Assembly: GCA_965224245.1 (NCBI GenBank) | Contig: OZ245046.1 | Location: 1,376,001-1,440,000 of the forward strand | Source: Candidatus Eiseniibacteriota bacterium | GTDB lineage: Bacteria > Eisenbacteria > RBG-16-71-46 > CAZAMP01 | Direction of reading: 5' to 3' | Length of the DNA: 64,000 nucleotides | Made by a program: the position numbers and the translations under genes | Notes under the pieces: model-generated | Databases searched by the model: none | What the model saw: the letters and a program-made list of their open reading frames with translations, nothing else | What the model was told of the DNA's origin: nothing | Shown here: one piece after another, positions 1 through 9,183 of the stretch | Layout of the letters: every line of letters starts with the position of its first letter | Position numbering within the stretch: the stretch's first letter is position 1

Positions 1-876
1 CGGTTCGTGTCGAGCCACGACCTGACCCTGGAGTCCGTGACGCGTCGGGAGATGACGCGCCTGGCGCCGAGCGTGTCGCGCGTGTCGGCCGAGCGCGTCC
101 GGGACGAGCTGGCGAAGATGCTGTCGCACCGGCGCCCCTCGCGAGCGTTCCGATGCATGGCCGACACGGGGCTTCTGGACCGGCTCCTGCCCGAGCTGTC
201 GGCCACGATCGGTGTCACACAGAACCCGGACTACCACGCGTACGACGTCTTCGACCACACGCTGGCCGCGGTGGATCACGTCCCGCCCTCGCGGCCACGG
301 GTGCGCTGGGCGGCGCTCCTTCACGACGTGGGCAAGGCCGAGACGCGGGAGCTGCGGGGGGGGCGCGTGACGTTCTACGGACACGAGCGCGTGAGCGCGG
401 ACGCCGCGCGTGTTCGGCTGACGGCGCTCCGACTCGGGCGACGCGAGGTCGACCGCGTCGTCCACCTGATCGCCCGACACATGTGGAACTACCAGCCCGA
501 GTGGTCCGACGGCGCCGTGCGCCGCTTCGTCGCCCGGGTCGGACGGGATGCGATCGACGACTTGTTCGCGCTGCGCGTGGCCGATAAGCTGGCCAAGGGA
601 CCGCACGAGTCCCCGCCGGCGGAGCTCGACGCACTCTCGGCGCGCATCCAGGACCTCGTCCGGCGGGAGTCCGCGTTCAGCATCTCCGACCTCGCGGTGG
701 ACGGGCGCGATCTGATGGCACATCTCGGACTCTCGGAGGGGGTGACGGTGGGGAGACTCTTGCGCCAGCTCCTGGATCACGTGCTCGAGCACGGCGAGAA
801 CCGTCGCGATGCGCTCCTGGCGGTCGCCGAGCGGCTACACGCCGGATCCGGCGGCGTCGACGCGGACGGACGATGA
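1..876 (+). CDS. CCA-adding enzyme / poly(A) polymerase family with HD domain (5' truncated by window edge)
   Basis: VSAERVRDEL, HAYDVFDHT, ALLHDVGK, FYGHE, LAVDGRDL motifs. Confidence 0.85.
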   Translation, partial: RFVSSHDLTLESVTRREMTRLAPSVSRVSAERVRDELAKMLSHRRPSRAFRCMADTGLLDRLLPELSATIGVTQNPDYHAYDVFDHTLAAVDHVPPSRPRVRWAALLHDVGKAETRELRGGRVTFYGHERVSADAARVRLTALRLGRREVDRVVHLIARHMWNYQPEWSDGAVRRFVARVGRDAIDDLFALRVADKLAKGPHESPPAELDALSARIQDLVRRESAFSISDLAVDGRDLMAHLGLSEGVTVGRLLRQLLDHVLEHGENRRDALLAVAERLHAGSGGVDADGR

Positions 877-2258
877 CGAATCCCGAGACCCGAGGGGGGG
901 GCACGTCGGCGCCCGACGCGGGGATGCAACCGGTCTGGGTCCGGGCGGTCGCACGCGCCGGAGGGGCGCTCCTTGGGATCGCGCTCGTGCTCTTTCTCTC
1001 GTGCGCCGGTGACGCCTCGCCCGACGGCGCGTCATCGTCGGACGGCCGCGCTCTCGACCCTCGAACCGACCTTCCGGCGCCCGTGGCCGAGCTGACCACC
1101 GAGCGTCTGGCCCGCGGGTCGACGCTAGCGGCCACCCTCACCGAGCTGGGGCTGGATCGGGCCGCCTCGCACGCGATCAGCACCGCCGTCGACTCGGTGC
1201 ACTCGGTTCGCTCACTGCCCGCCGGCCTCGAGGTCGCCCTCGCGCGCACCGACGCCGGAGAGCCGCTCGAGGTCGGTCTCGCCATGGATCGGCGCACGAC
1301 GATCTCGGTCCGTCTGGTCGGGGATCGCTGGCACGCCGAGCGGATCGAACGCCCCCTCGCGCGCTACGTGCAGTTCGTCGCGGGCACCATCGACGTGAGC
1401 CTCTACGACGCCATCGTGTCCGCCGGCGGGAGCCCCGCACTGGTGGCCCAGGTCTCCGACATCCTCCAGTGGGACGTCGACTTCTTCATCGATCCGCGGC
1501 CGGGCGACGCCTTCGCGCTGCTGGTGGACGTCGAGGTCGACGGGCAGGAGATCGTGTCCTACGGCGACATTCTGTGCGTGCGCTACGAGGGCACGCGGGC
1601 CGGCGCCGACGCGTTCGGCTACCACGACGGCGACCGCATCCGGTACTACCGGCCAGACGGCTCGTCGGTTCAACGTGCGCTCCTGAAGTCACCGCTGAAC
1701 TACCGCCGCATCTCGAGCCACTTCAGCCACAAGCGCATGCACCCGATCCTGCACCGCTACCGGCCGCATCTCGGGGTCGACTATGCCGCCGACGTGGGCA
1801 CGCCCGTCGTCACGATCGGCGACGGGACGGTGGCCGAGGTCGGAACCAAGGGCGGCTTCGGACGAACCGTCGTCGTGCGACACAACGCCACCCTGAGCAC
1901 GCAGTACGCGCACCTCTCGCGCTACGGCAAGGGCATCCGCACCGGCGCCCGGGTCACGCAGGGGCAGATCGTGGGGTACGTCGGCTCCACCGGACTCTCG
2001 ACGGGACCGCATCTCGACTTCCGATGCCGCGTGAACGGCTCCTACGTGAATCCGCTGACGCTGGATCGTCCACCGGCCGAGCCCCTTCCGGAGCCCCATC
2101 GGGATGCGTTCGGCGACTGGGTGCGGGTGTGCGAGGAGGCCCTGGCCACGTTGCCCGGGTGCGGCTTCGTGGCCGGTCCCGCCTTCGATGCACGGTACCT
2201 GCCGGATCCGCCGCGTACCGCGTCGGCGTCCACGTTTCCGTCCAGGATTCCCGGATGA
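873..2258 (+). CDS. M23 family metallopeptidase (MepM-like)
   Basis: HLGVDYAA (HxxxD), YAHLS, STGPHLDF (HxD variant of HxH); N-terminal hydrophobic segment. Confidence 0.9.
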   Translation: MTNPETRGGGTSAPDAGMQPVWVRAVARAGGALLGIALVLFLSCAGDASPDGASSSDGRALDPRTDLPAPVAELTTERLARGSTLAATLTELGLDRAASHAISTAVDSVHSVRSLPAGLEVALARTDAGEPLEVGLAMDRRTTISVRLVGDRWHAERIERPLARYVQFVAGTIDVSLYDAIVSAGGSPALVAQVSDILQWDVDFFIDPRPGDAFALLVDVEVDGQEIVSYGDILCVRYEGTRAGADAFGYHDGDRIRYYRPDGSSVQRALLKSPLNYRRISSHFSHKRMHPILHRYRPHLGVDYAADVGTPVVTIGDGTVAEVGTKGGFGRTVVVRHNATLSTQYAHLSRYGKGIRTGARVTQGQIVGYVGSTGLSTGPHLDFRCRVNGSYVNPLTLDRPPAEPLPEPHRDAFGDWVRVCEEALATLPGCGFVAGPAFDARYLPDPPRTASASTFPSRIPG

Positions 2259-2399
2259 GGGCGTCCGGCGAGCCCGGCCGCTCGGTTGACAGTTTCCGAA
2301 GCCCTCTGCTACCGTCGCGCGCTTGGAGCAAATCGATGGGAGCGCCATTTGGGTCTCGTTGACGCGGAAGGTGACGGCGTGCTGTCCGGCGCGCGTCCC

Positions 2400-3404
2400 A
2401 TGAGTTTCTTGCTCGAACAGCGGCGCGATGCGGTCCTGAAGGCGTTCCGTGCGCCGGTCGCGCGCGAGCTCGCGGCGACCGCCGACGTCGTGCGCGACTT
2501 CTACGACTCCCAGAGTCATCTGCTCACGCAGACCGCGGCTCACCTGGACGGCACACCCGGCAAGCGCGTGCGTCCGACGCTGCTCCTGCTGGTCGCTGCG
2601 ATGGGGCGTCCGCTCGATTCCACGGCGGTGATGGCCGCGGCCATGCTGGAGCTGGTACATACGGCCACGCTGATCCACGACGACTCCATCGATCGCAGTC
2701 TCGTGCGCCGCGGGCTTCCCACGATCAACGCACTCTGGGACGACAAGGTCTCGGTCATTCTCGGCGACTATCTCTACACCAAGGCGTTCGAGCGGCTCGT
2801 GGCGGAGAAGCTCTGGAAGCCGGTCGCGATCCTCAGTCGGTGCGCGTACCGCATGTCGCTGGGCGAGCTCCTGGCGATGGAGCAGAAGGACGACATGGGG
2901 CTCGAGGAGGGCGCGTACTTCGAGTACATCTCGGCCAAGACGGCGTCGCTGATCTCCGCCGCCTGCGAGATCGGCGCCGCCATCGGCTTCGACGACGACG
3001 ACACGCACGAGCGGTTCCGGCTGTTCGGGCACGAGCTCGGCATGGCCTATCAGATCACGGACGATCTGTTCGACTACACCGGCGACGCCGCCGCGCTCGG
3101 CAAGGACGTCGGGTCGGACCTGAAGGAAGGCAAGATCACGCTCCCCATCATCCGGGCGCTCCGGCACGCGTCGCCGGACCTGCGCGCGCTGATCCACGAC
3201 GTGCTCGCCGATCGGACGATGTCGGCCGAGCGCTGGCAACGACTGAAGGTGCATCTCGACGAGTCCGGCTCGATCGCGTACTGCGCCGATCTGGCGCGCG
3301 AGTACGCCGACCGCGCGCTGTCTCGGCTCGAGCCGTGCGTTGCGAGCCCTCACAAGGACGCGCTGACGCTGGCGGTCTCGTTCGCCGTGCAGCGCTCCCA
3401 CTGA
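2400..3404 (+). CDS. Long-chain polyprenyl diphosphate synthase (IspB/HepT-like)
   Basis: GKRVRP, LIHDDSID..RRG, QITDDLFD, DLKEGKITLP. Confidence 0.9.
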   Translation: MSFLLEQRRDAVLKAFRAPVARELAATADVVRDFYDSQSHLLTQTAAHLDGTPGKRVRPTLLLLVAAMGRPLDSTAVMAAAMLELVHTATLIHDDSIDRSLVRRGLPTINALWDDKVSVILGDYLYTKAFERLVAEKLWKPVAILSRCAYRMSLGELLAMEQKDDMGLEEGAYFEYISAKTASLISAACEIGAAIGFDDDDTHERFRLFGHELGMAYQITDDLFDYTGDAAALGKDVGSDLKEGKITLPIIRALRHASPDLRALIHDVLADRTMSAERWQRLKVHLDESGSIAYCADLAREYADRALSRLEPCVASPHKDALTLAVSFAVQRSH

Positions 3405-3494
3405 GGGTGCCGGAGCTTGCACGAACGCGACCTCACATCCATGGGGGGGCGGGCGACCACGCCCCCGGGCCACCGAACATCGGAGGACGCCGCG

Positions 3495-3875
3495 GTGACA
3501 CGAGCGGCCGATGCAGCTGAGATTCTGGAACGAGCGGTCGTGATCCTGAACGACATGAAGGCGGAGGACGTCGTGGCGCTGGACCTCCGGGGTCTGTCGT
3601 CCGTCGCCGACTACTTCCTGATCGCCTCGGGAGGATCCGAGCAGCACGTGCGTGCGCTCGCGAAGGCCGTGGACAAGGGGCTCTCGGCCGAGGGCATCAA
3701 GGTGTGGCATCGCGAGGGCGAGGATGGACGGCGCTGGATCCTGCTCGACTACGTGGACGTGGTCATTCATCTGTTCCACGTCGAGACGCGCCAGTTCTAC
3801 CGGCTGGAGAACCTCTGGGGCGATGCGAAACGCGTTTCCTTCTCTACGAGGACCTCTTCGTCGGAAGCTGGCTGA
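3495..3875 (+). CDS. rsfS: Ribosome silencing factor
   Basis: KAEDVVALD, DYFLIASG, WILLDYVDVVIHLF..R.FYRLE.LW; GGAGG at 3482 before GTG 3495. Confidence 0.93.
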   Translation: MTRAADAAEILERAVVILNDMKAEDVVALDLRGLSSVADYFLIASGGSEQHVRALAKAVDKGLSAEGIKVWHREGEDGRRWILLDYVDVVIHLFHVETRQFYRLENLWGDAKRVSFSTRTSSSEAG

Positions 3876-4866
3876 CGCGTTTCCCGATCTCGGGGATGGC
3901 GAACGCGTCCGGCTGTCGCTGCCGTCGGTCGGTCCGCGCCAGGCGATCACGTCGGTCGCGCACGCGCTGTCCGCGGCGAGAGGCGCGTCGCTCGACGCGG
4001 CGCTCGCCGCGGCCCGCGATGCGCTGGAGCGGGATCCGGACGTGCAAAGCATCGAGGCTCGATCCCGGGGACTCCTGGCGTTCGACCTGCGTGACGAGTG
4101 GTGGTGGCGGCTCGTCGAGTCGCTGCATGCGACGCGTTACCGAGCGGCGACGTCCGCGTCGGCCGGACGCGTGGACATCGTGGCCGACGCACCCCGGGGC
4201 GGGAGTCGCCGCGATCCCACGTTTGCCCGGGTCGAGCTGGTCGTGGCCGCGCTCGAGCGGGCATGGCGGTGGCGCGGCGCGGACGTCGACGTGAGCGTGG
4301 TGGAAGCGGACGGGGACGGCGGGCGGATCCGCGTGCGACGACCTCGGGGGGACTCGATGCGCCTGAGCGTGGGACCGGTGCGCGCCCGAGGTCTCGACCC
4401 GCGTCGGGCCGAGATCCGTCTGGCCATGCTGGCGCCGGCACCGGCGCAGCCGATCGCCGAGGCCGCCGTCGAGCGGCTTCTCGAAGCGGCCGCGACGGCG
4501 CGGCGACGGATCGCCGACTGGTCGACCCGCGTGGCGTACGCGACCCGCGGGCGCGATCCGCTGGACGCACCGTGCCCGTCGGCGGCCGACGTGGCCGCGC
4601 TGGGACCGACCGCGTGGGTGGCCGTGCGGGCCGCGCTGGGGACAGGGGAGGTGCTCGATCGGCTCGCCGACACCGGGGACGTCGGCGCGATCTGGCGCCA
4701 CGTCTCCGGCGTGATCGCGGCCGGGCGCGCGTTCGAGCGCGAGGCCGGGCTCGTATCCGAGGAGCCCGGTGGGCATCGCGCCCGTCTCGCCGTCGCCGAT
4801 CTCGTTCGGCGAGCAGCTCTGGTAGGATTTGACGTTGCCGGTGTCGAGGCACCGAGCCGACTCTGA
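3823..4866 (+). CDS. Degenerate arginyl-tRNA synthetase-like protein (N-terminal and DALR-like domains, no HIGH/KMSKS)
   Basis: N-terminal TSVAHALS..SIEARSRGLLAFDL; C-terminal ARLAVADLVRRAALVGFDVAGVEAPSRL; start uncertain. Confidence 0.6.
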   Translation: MRNAFPSLRGPLRRKLADAFPDLGDGERVRLSLPSVGPRQAITSVAHALSAARGASLDAALAAARDALERDPDVQSIEARSRGLLAFDLRDEWWWRLVESLHATRYRAATSASAGRVDIVADAPRGGSRRDPTFARVELVVAALERAWRWRGADVDVSVVEADGDGGRIRVRRPRGDSMRLSVGPVRARGLDPRRAEIRLAMLAPAPAQPIAEAAVERLLEAAATARRRIADWSTRVAYATRGRDPLDAPCPSAADVAALGPTAWVAVRAALGTGEVLDRLADTGDVGAIWRHVSGVIAAGRAFEREAGLVSEEPGGHRARLAVADLVRRAALVGFDVAGVEAPSRL

Positions 4867-4879
4867 CGAGGTGGAGCTC

Positions 4880-5818
4880 ATGAGCGTGCTGGTGGTTGGA
4901 TCGGTGGCCCTGGACGACATCCGAACGCCGTCGGGGCATGCGCCCCGCGTGCTCGGCGGATCCGCGTCGTACTTCTCGCTGGCGGCACGCGTGTTCGCGC
5001 CCGTGCGCATCGTGGCGGTGGTGGGCGAGGACTTTCCCACCGAGCACCTGTCGATGCTCGCCGGTCGCGGCATCGACGTGACGGGAGTGGCCCGCGAGCC
5101 CGGCGAGAGCTTCTTCTGGGCCGGCTCGTACGACGCGGATCTGAAGCAGGCGACCACGCACGAGACGCGTCTCGGAGTGTTCGAGACGTTCGCCCCGGTG
5201 CTCTCCGCCGACCAGCGGCGATCGCCGTACGTGTTCCTGGCCAACATCGATCCCGAGCTCCAGGCCTCGGTCCTGGATCAGGTCTCGGACGCGCGTCTGG
5301 TCGTCATGGACACGATGAACTTCTGGATCCAGGGCAAGCGTCCCGCCCTCGAGCGGGTCCTGCCACGCGTGGACGTCGTCCTCGTGAACGACGAGGAGCT
5401 GGCGCTCTTGACCGGTGACCACGACGTCATCCGGGCGTCGCGCACGTTTCTGGAGAGCGACTTCGCGCCGCGACGCGGCGTGGTGATCAAGAAGGGCGCG
5501 AACGGCGCGCTGCTTCGCACCCGAGACGATCTCTTCGCCATGCCCGCATTTCCCACCGAGTGCGTGGTGGACCCCACCGGCGCCGGCGACACCTTTGCCG
5601 GCGGCTTCGTGGGGCACGTGGCGGCCCGCGACGCCACCGATTCGGGGGTCCTTCGCGAGGCGACGGCGCGGGGCATCGCGATGGCCTCGTTCACGGTGGA
5701 GGCGTTCTCGACCGACCGTCTCGCGCGGGTCACGCCAGCCGAGCTGACGACCCGGCTCGACATGCTTCGCGACATGACGCGCATCGACGTCCCGTCCGGC
5801 GCGCGAGTGGGACGGTAG
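4880..5818 (+). CDS. PfkB family carbohydrate kinase
   Basis: VVGSVALD, LGGSASY, DPTGAGDTFAGG. Confidence 0.92.
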   Translation: MSVLVVGSVALDDIRTPSGHAPRVLGGSASYFSLAARVFAPVRIVAVVGEDFPTEHLSMLAGRGIDVTGVAREPGESFFWAGSYDADLKQATTHETRLGVFETFAPVLSADQRRSPYVFLANIDPELQASVLDQVSDARLVVMDTMNFWIQGKRPALERVLPRVDVVLVNDEELALLTGDHDVIRASRTFLESDFAPRRGVVIKKGANGALLRTRDDLFAMPAFPTECVVDPTGAGDTFAGGFVGHVAARDATDSGVLREATARGIAMASFTVEAFSTDRLARVTPAELTTRLDMLRDMTRIDVPSGARVGR

Positions 5819-5954
5819 GGCCGGCGCCGGCGGACGCGCCGCTTGCGGGAACGCGACCCGAGTGGTATCCCTCGGCTCGGATACGCGCCGCGCGCGTCCA
5901 CGGTGGCCGCGCGGGCTCGGTCCTCCGCTCCCGGCTCGGAGCTCGCCAGTGCCA

Positions 5955-6680
5955 GTGGACATCGGTGACGACGCGACCCGCCGACGGGTCGAAGACAGCC
6001 TCGCGCGCATCGACGGTGTCGAGCACGTTCGCATCGTCGCGTCCGGGTCCCAGATCACCGAGGTTCACGTCGTGGCCCGCGACGTCCGTCCGCCCAAGCA
6101 GGTCGCGCGCGACATCGTCTCGGCGCTCCGGGCCGTTCACGACGTCGACGTCGACCACCGCAAGGTGAGCGTGGCCACGTTCGGGCCGAAGGCGGGCCGC
6201 TCGGACCCGTCTCCGACCCGTGGGAAGCCCTTTGTCTCCGAAAATGGTAGAGGTAGGGGTCGTATTTGCTTGTCGTCGATCTCCTTACGTGATTCCAGGT
6301 CTGACGTCGACGTGGAGGTGGCGCTCGTTTGCGGCGGGCGAGAGGTCTCCGGTCGGGCCCGCGGGCCCGCGGGCGGAGATCGCATCGCGCGCCTGATGGC
6401 CTCGGCCACGGCCCGGGCCGTCGGGCATCTGCTCGACGCGCGCTATCGCGTGGACACCGACGACGTTCGCCTTGTATCGTTCGCCTCTCGGCGAGCGGTG
6501 CTGGTCACGGTGACGGTCGGGTGCAACCGCGAGCGGCGCGAGCTGCTGGGGAGCGCCTGGATCGACGACGACGTCGGCGGCGCCGCGGTGCATGCGACGC
6601 TGGACGCGGTCAACCGCGTCTTCGGTCGCCTGGATCGCCGGAAGACAACCGAATACGTGGTGGGGCCGTCGTCTCCCTGA
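5955..6680 (+). CDS. Conserved hypothetical protein; C-terminal half resembles the LeuA allosteric (dimerisation) domain
   Basis: EVHVVA..PPKQVARDI..DHRKVSVA N-domain; AAVHATLDAVNR C-terminus. Confidence 0.65.
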   Translation: MDIGDDATRRRVEDSLARIDGVEHVRIVASGSQITEVHVVARDVRPPKQVARDIVSALRAVHDVDVDHRKVSVATFGPKAGRSDPSPTRGKPFVSENGRGRGRICLSSISLRDSRSDVDVEVALVCGGREVSGRARGPAGGDRIARLMASATARAVGHLLDARYRVDTDDVRLVSFASRRAVLVTVTVGCNRERRELLGSAWIDDDVGGAAVHATLDAVNRVFGRLDRRKTTEYVVGPSSP

Positions 6681-6770
6681 GCGACGAACCAGCGTAGCGA
6701 GTAGCGTCCATAGCGTAGCGACTTTGCCCGGGAAGATCCCGTTCCTGTCTCCTTCCGGAGGTGGAGTCGT

Positions 6771-6833
6771 ATGGCAGCACTCGTTGACCTCATCTTGACC
6801 ATCCTGTCGCTGGGTGGTCGCGCTGGCTGGTAG
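6771..6833 (+). CDS. 20-aa hydrophobic peptide MAALVDLILTILSLGGRAGW
   Basis: GGAGGT at 6757-6762, ATG 6771, TAG 6831-6833; too short for the ORF track. Confidence 0.65.
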   Translation: MAALVDLILTILSLGGRAGW

Positions 6834-6902
6834 AACGGTCGGCGTAAACAGGTGTAGCCGCCGGTCCCACCCGAGTTTCCGCCCCGACCCCACGAGAGCC
6901 CG

Positions 6903-7934
6903 ATGGACTACAAGACCAGCGGCGTCGACATCGAGGCCGCGTCCTCGGCTCTGGACCGGGTCGGCGCACTCATTCGCCGGACGCACGGGGCCCACGTGGT
7001 CCGGTTGGAGTCCGGCTTCGCCGGCGCCTTCCGCCTGGGCGACACCGATCGCATCCTCCTGGCCTCGATCGACGGCGTCGGCACGAAGCTGATGATCGCC
7101 GTGCGTCTGGGGCGATACCGCTCGGTCGGCGGCGACCTGGTCCGCCACTGCGTCAACGACGTGCTCGTGCACGGGGGGCGCCCCCTGGTCTTCCTCGACT
7201 ACGTGGGCACCGCGAGGCTCCGCGCCGAGTGGCTGGCCGAGGTGGTGGGCGGCATGGCCGATGCCTGTGGCGAGGTCGGCTGCGCCCTGATCGGCGGTGA
7301 GACGGCCGAGATGCCCGGGATCTACCACGGCGACGACTTCGATCTGGTCGGGGCCATCGTCGGCGAGGTGGACGCCGGGTCGCTGCTGGACGGCGGGCGG
7401 GTCCGGCCCGGCGACATGCTCCTGGGGCTGGCCTCGGACGGCCTGCACACCAACGGCTTCTCCCTGGCCCGCGAGGTCGTGCGCGAGCGGGCGGGCGACG
7501 ATCTGGCGCGGCCGCTCCCGGGGAGCGAGACGAGCTGGGGGGACGCCCTCCTGGCCCCGCATCGGAGCTACTACCGGGCCCTGGCCCCGGAGATCGGGGG
7601 GGAGCGTGTCCATGCGCTGGCCCACGTCACCGGCGGGGGCATCGGCGGCAATCTGACCCGCGTGCTGCCCGAGGGCCTGGTGGCCGAGGTGGATCGGGCC
7701 TCGTGGCCGGTGCCCGAGGTCTTCGGGGCCATCGCGTCGCTCGGCGAGGTGTCCGAGCCCGAGATGTTCCGGGCGTTCAACATGGGGATCGGCTACGTGG
7801 TCGTGACCCCGTCCGAGGCCGCGCCGGCGCTCGAGGCCGACCTCCGGGAGCGGGGAGAGCGCGTGTTCCGGATCGGGCGCGTCCGCGCCGGCGACGCCCC
7901 GGGAGGCCACCGGGTGGACCTCGGCTGGGGTTGA
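6903..7934 (+). CDS. purM: Phosphoribosylformylglycinamidine cyclo-ligase
   Basis: YKTSGVDI, DGVGTK, GGETAEMPG, GLHTNGFS, HVTGGG, FNMGIG. Confidence 0.95.
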   Translation: MDYKTSGVDIEAASSALDRVGALIRRTHGAHVVRLESGFAGAFRLGDTDRILLASIDGVGTKLMIAVRLGRYRSVGGDLVRHCVNDVLVHGGRPLVFLDYVGTARLRAEWLAEVVGGMADACGEVGCALIGGETAEMPGIYHGDDFDLVGAIVGEVDAGSLLDGGRVRPGDMLLGLASDGLHTNGFSLAREVVRERAGDDLARPLPGSETSWGDALLAPHRSYYRALAPEIGGERVHALAHVTGGGIGGNLTRVLPEGLVAEVDRASWPVPEVFGAIASLGEVSEPEMFRAFNMGIGYVVVTPSEAAPALEADLRERGERVFRIGRVRAGDAPGGHRVDLGWG

Positions 7935-7960
7935 CACATCGGCCGGTTCGCTTCTACCAT
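7931..7960 (+). promoter_or_regulatory. sigma70-type promoter for tRNA-Val / infC operon
   Basis: TTGACA (7931-7936), 18-bp spacer, TACCAT (7955-7960). Confidence 0.6.
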
Positions 7961-7993
7961 CCCGGACTTCGAAATGGCGCTTTGTTTGCGCGT

Positions 7994-8070
7994 GGGCGAT
8001 TAGCTCAGCTGGTTAGAGTGCCTGCTTGACATGCAGGAGGTCACTGGTTCAAGTCCAGTATCGCCCACCA
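7994..8070 (+). tRNA. tRNA-Val(GAC)
   Basis: GGGCGAT/ATCGCCC acceptor stem, anticodon arm CCTGC-TTGACAT-GCAGG, GGTTCAA T-loop, encoded CCA. Confidence 0.97.
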
Positions 8071-8089
8071 GAACGACAGTAGTTGGCAC

Positions 8090-8295
8090 ACAAGCGGAAG
8101 CCGCCCGGCTTCTCACCTCCAAGCGCGCGCGCCCCTCCGAGGGGCGTGGTCGACGTTTCGTGGGGTCGGTGCCGCACGATCGCCCTCGCTGCCCTGATCG
8201 GCGACGCGGGCCTCGTGCGACGGCGATCGGTCCCGGACCGGTCGTGGCACCGTCGGACGTTGCGGGCGGCACCGGATGTGCCGGCCCGTTTTTTT
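8090..8295 (+). promoter_or_regulatory. L20 leader (ribosomal protein attenuator) with intrinsic terminator
   Basis: CAAGCGGAAGCCGCCCGGCTTCTCACC resembles the L20-leader core; GCCGCCCG (8100-8107) is complementary to CGGGCGGC (8263-8270); hairpin 8263-8288 followed by T7. Confidence 0.75.
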
Positions 8296-8342
8296 GTGTT
8301 CGCGCCGCCTCTCGGGGGGCGAACCGATCAGGAGGAGTCGAC

Positions 8343-8894
8343 ATACCGCGACCGAGACCGCGTGATCGCGGGCCCGAGAAGGCCCGCGAGCCCCGAGTGA
8401 ACGATCGTATTCGGATCCCCCAGATCCGTCTCATCGGGGCCGATGGTGAGCAGATCGGACTGGTCAACACGCGCGACGCGTTGACGATGGCCCAGGAGCA
8501 GGGGCTCGACCTCGTCGAGGTCGCGCCCGGCGCCAAGCCGCCGGTCTGTCGCATCATGGACTACGGAAAGTTCAAATACGATCAGTCGAAGAAGGAGCGG
8601 AAGGCGCGACAGAACCAGCACACCGTGTCGCTCAAAGAGGTCAAGTTTCGCCCGCGCATCGACGACCACGACTACGAGTTCAAGGTCGCCAACGCGCGGA
8701 AGTTCCTCGAGGGCAAGGACAAGGTGAAGCTGACGATTCAGTTTCGGGGACGTGAGATGGCACACCGCGAGTTCGGACATCGCCTCCTGGATCGCGTCCT
8801 CGCGGATCTCGAAGACATCGCCCAGGTCGAGACGCCGCCTCGCAGCGAGGGGCGTTTCATACACATGGTCGTCGCGCCGAAGAAGACCCAGTAG
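8343..8894 (+). CDS. infC: Translation initiation factor IF-3 (non-canonical ATA start)
   Basis: GGAGG at 8331-8335, in-frame ATA at 8343; RVNDRIR, LDLVEVAP..PPVCRIMDYGKFKY, FRGRE. Confidence 0.95.
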   Translation: MPRPRPRDRGPEKAREPRVNDRIRIPQIRLIGADGEQIGLVNTRDALTMAQEQGLDLVEVAPGAKPPVCRIMDYGKFKYDQSKKERKARQNQHTVSLKEVKFRPRIDDHDYEFKVANARKFLEGKDKVKLTIQFRGREMAHREFGHRLLDRVLADLEDIAQVETPPRSEGRFIHMVVAPKKTQ

Positions 8895-8921
8895 CGCGAT
8901 CGACCCGATGGAGAGGGACGG

Positions 8922-9119
8922 ATGCCGAAGATGAAGACCCGCCGCGGCGCGATGAAGCGTCTGCGGCTCACGGCCAGCGGCCGGATCCGCCGCAACAAGG
9001 CCTCCGCGAGCCATCTGATGACGAGCAAGACCCGCAAGCAGAAGCGCCGCCTTCGCAAGTCGGTCATCGTGACGCCGGCCGACGAGCGGCGCATGCTCAA
9101 GCAGATGGGTCGCGCCTAG
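8922..9119 (+). CDS. rpmI: 50S ribosomal protein L35
   Basis: MPKMKT...KR; position between infC and rplT. Confidence 0.95.
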   Translation: MPKMKTRRGAMKRLRLTASGRIRRNKASASHLMTSKTRKQKRRLRKSVIVTPADERRMLKQMGRA

Positions 9120-9183
9120 ATCACCGTTCCGGCCGTGCCGGCGGTGACGCGCCATTCGTGAATCCGAAAACAGGGAGATAACC

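Noticed and set aside
1689-4052. 787-aa minus-strand ORF and similar long antisense ORFs (e.g. 10908-13334, 13911-15857, 58105-61191)
   Set aside because: Shadow frames of well-supported plus-strand genes, expected in high-GC DNA; no recognisable motifs.
7994-8070. tRNA-Val as a second integration site
   Set aside because: I found no duplicate of its 3' end and no adjacent integrase.
8031-8342. N-terminal extension of IF-3 in the ORF track
   Set aside because: It overlaps the tRNA and the leader RNA; the RBS-supported ATA at 8343 gives a normal-length IF-3.
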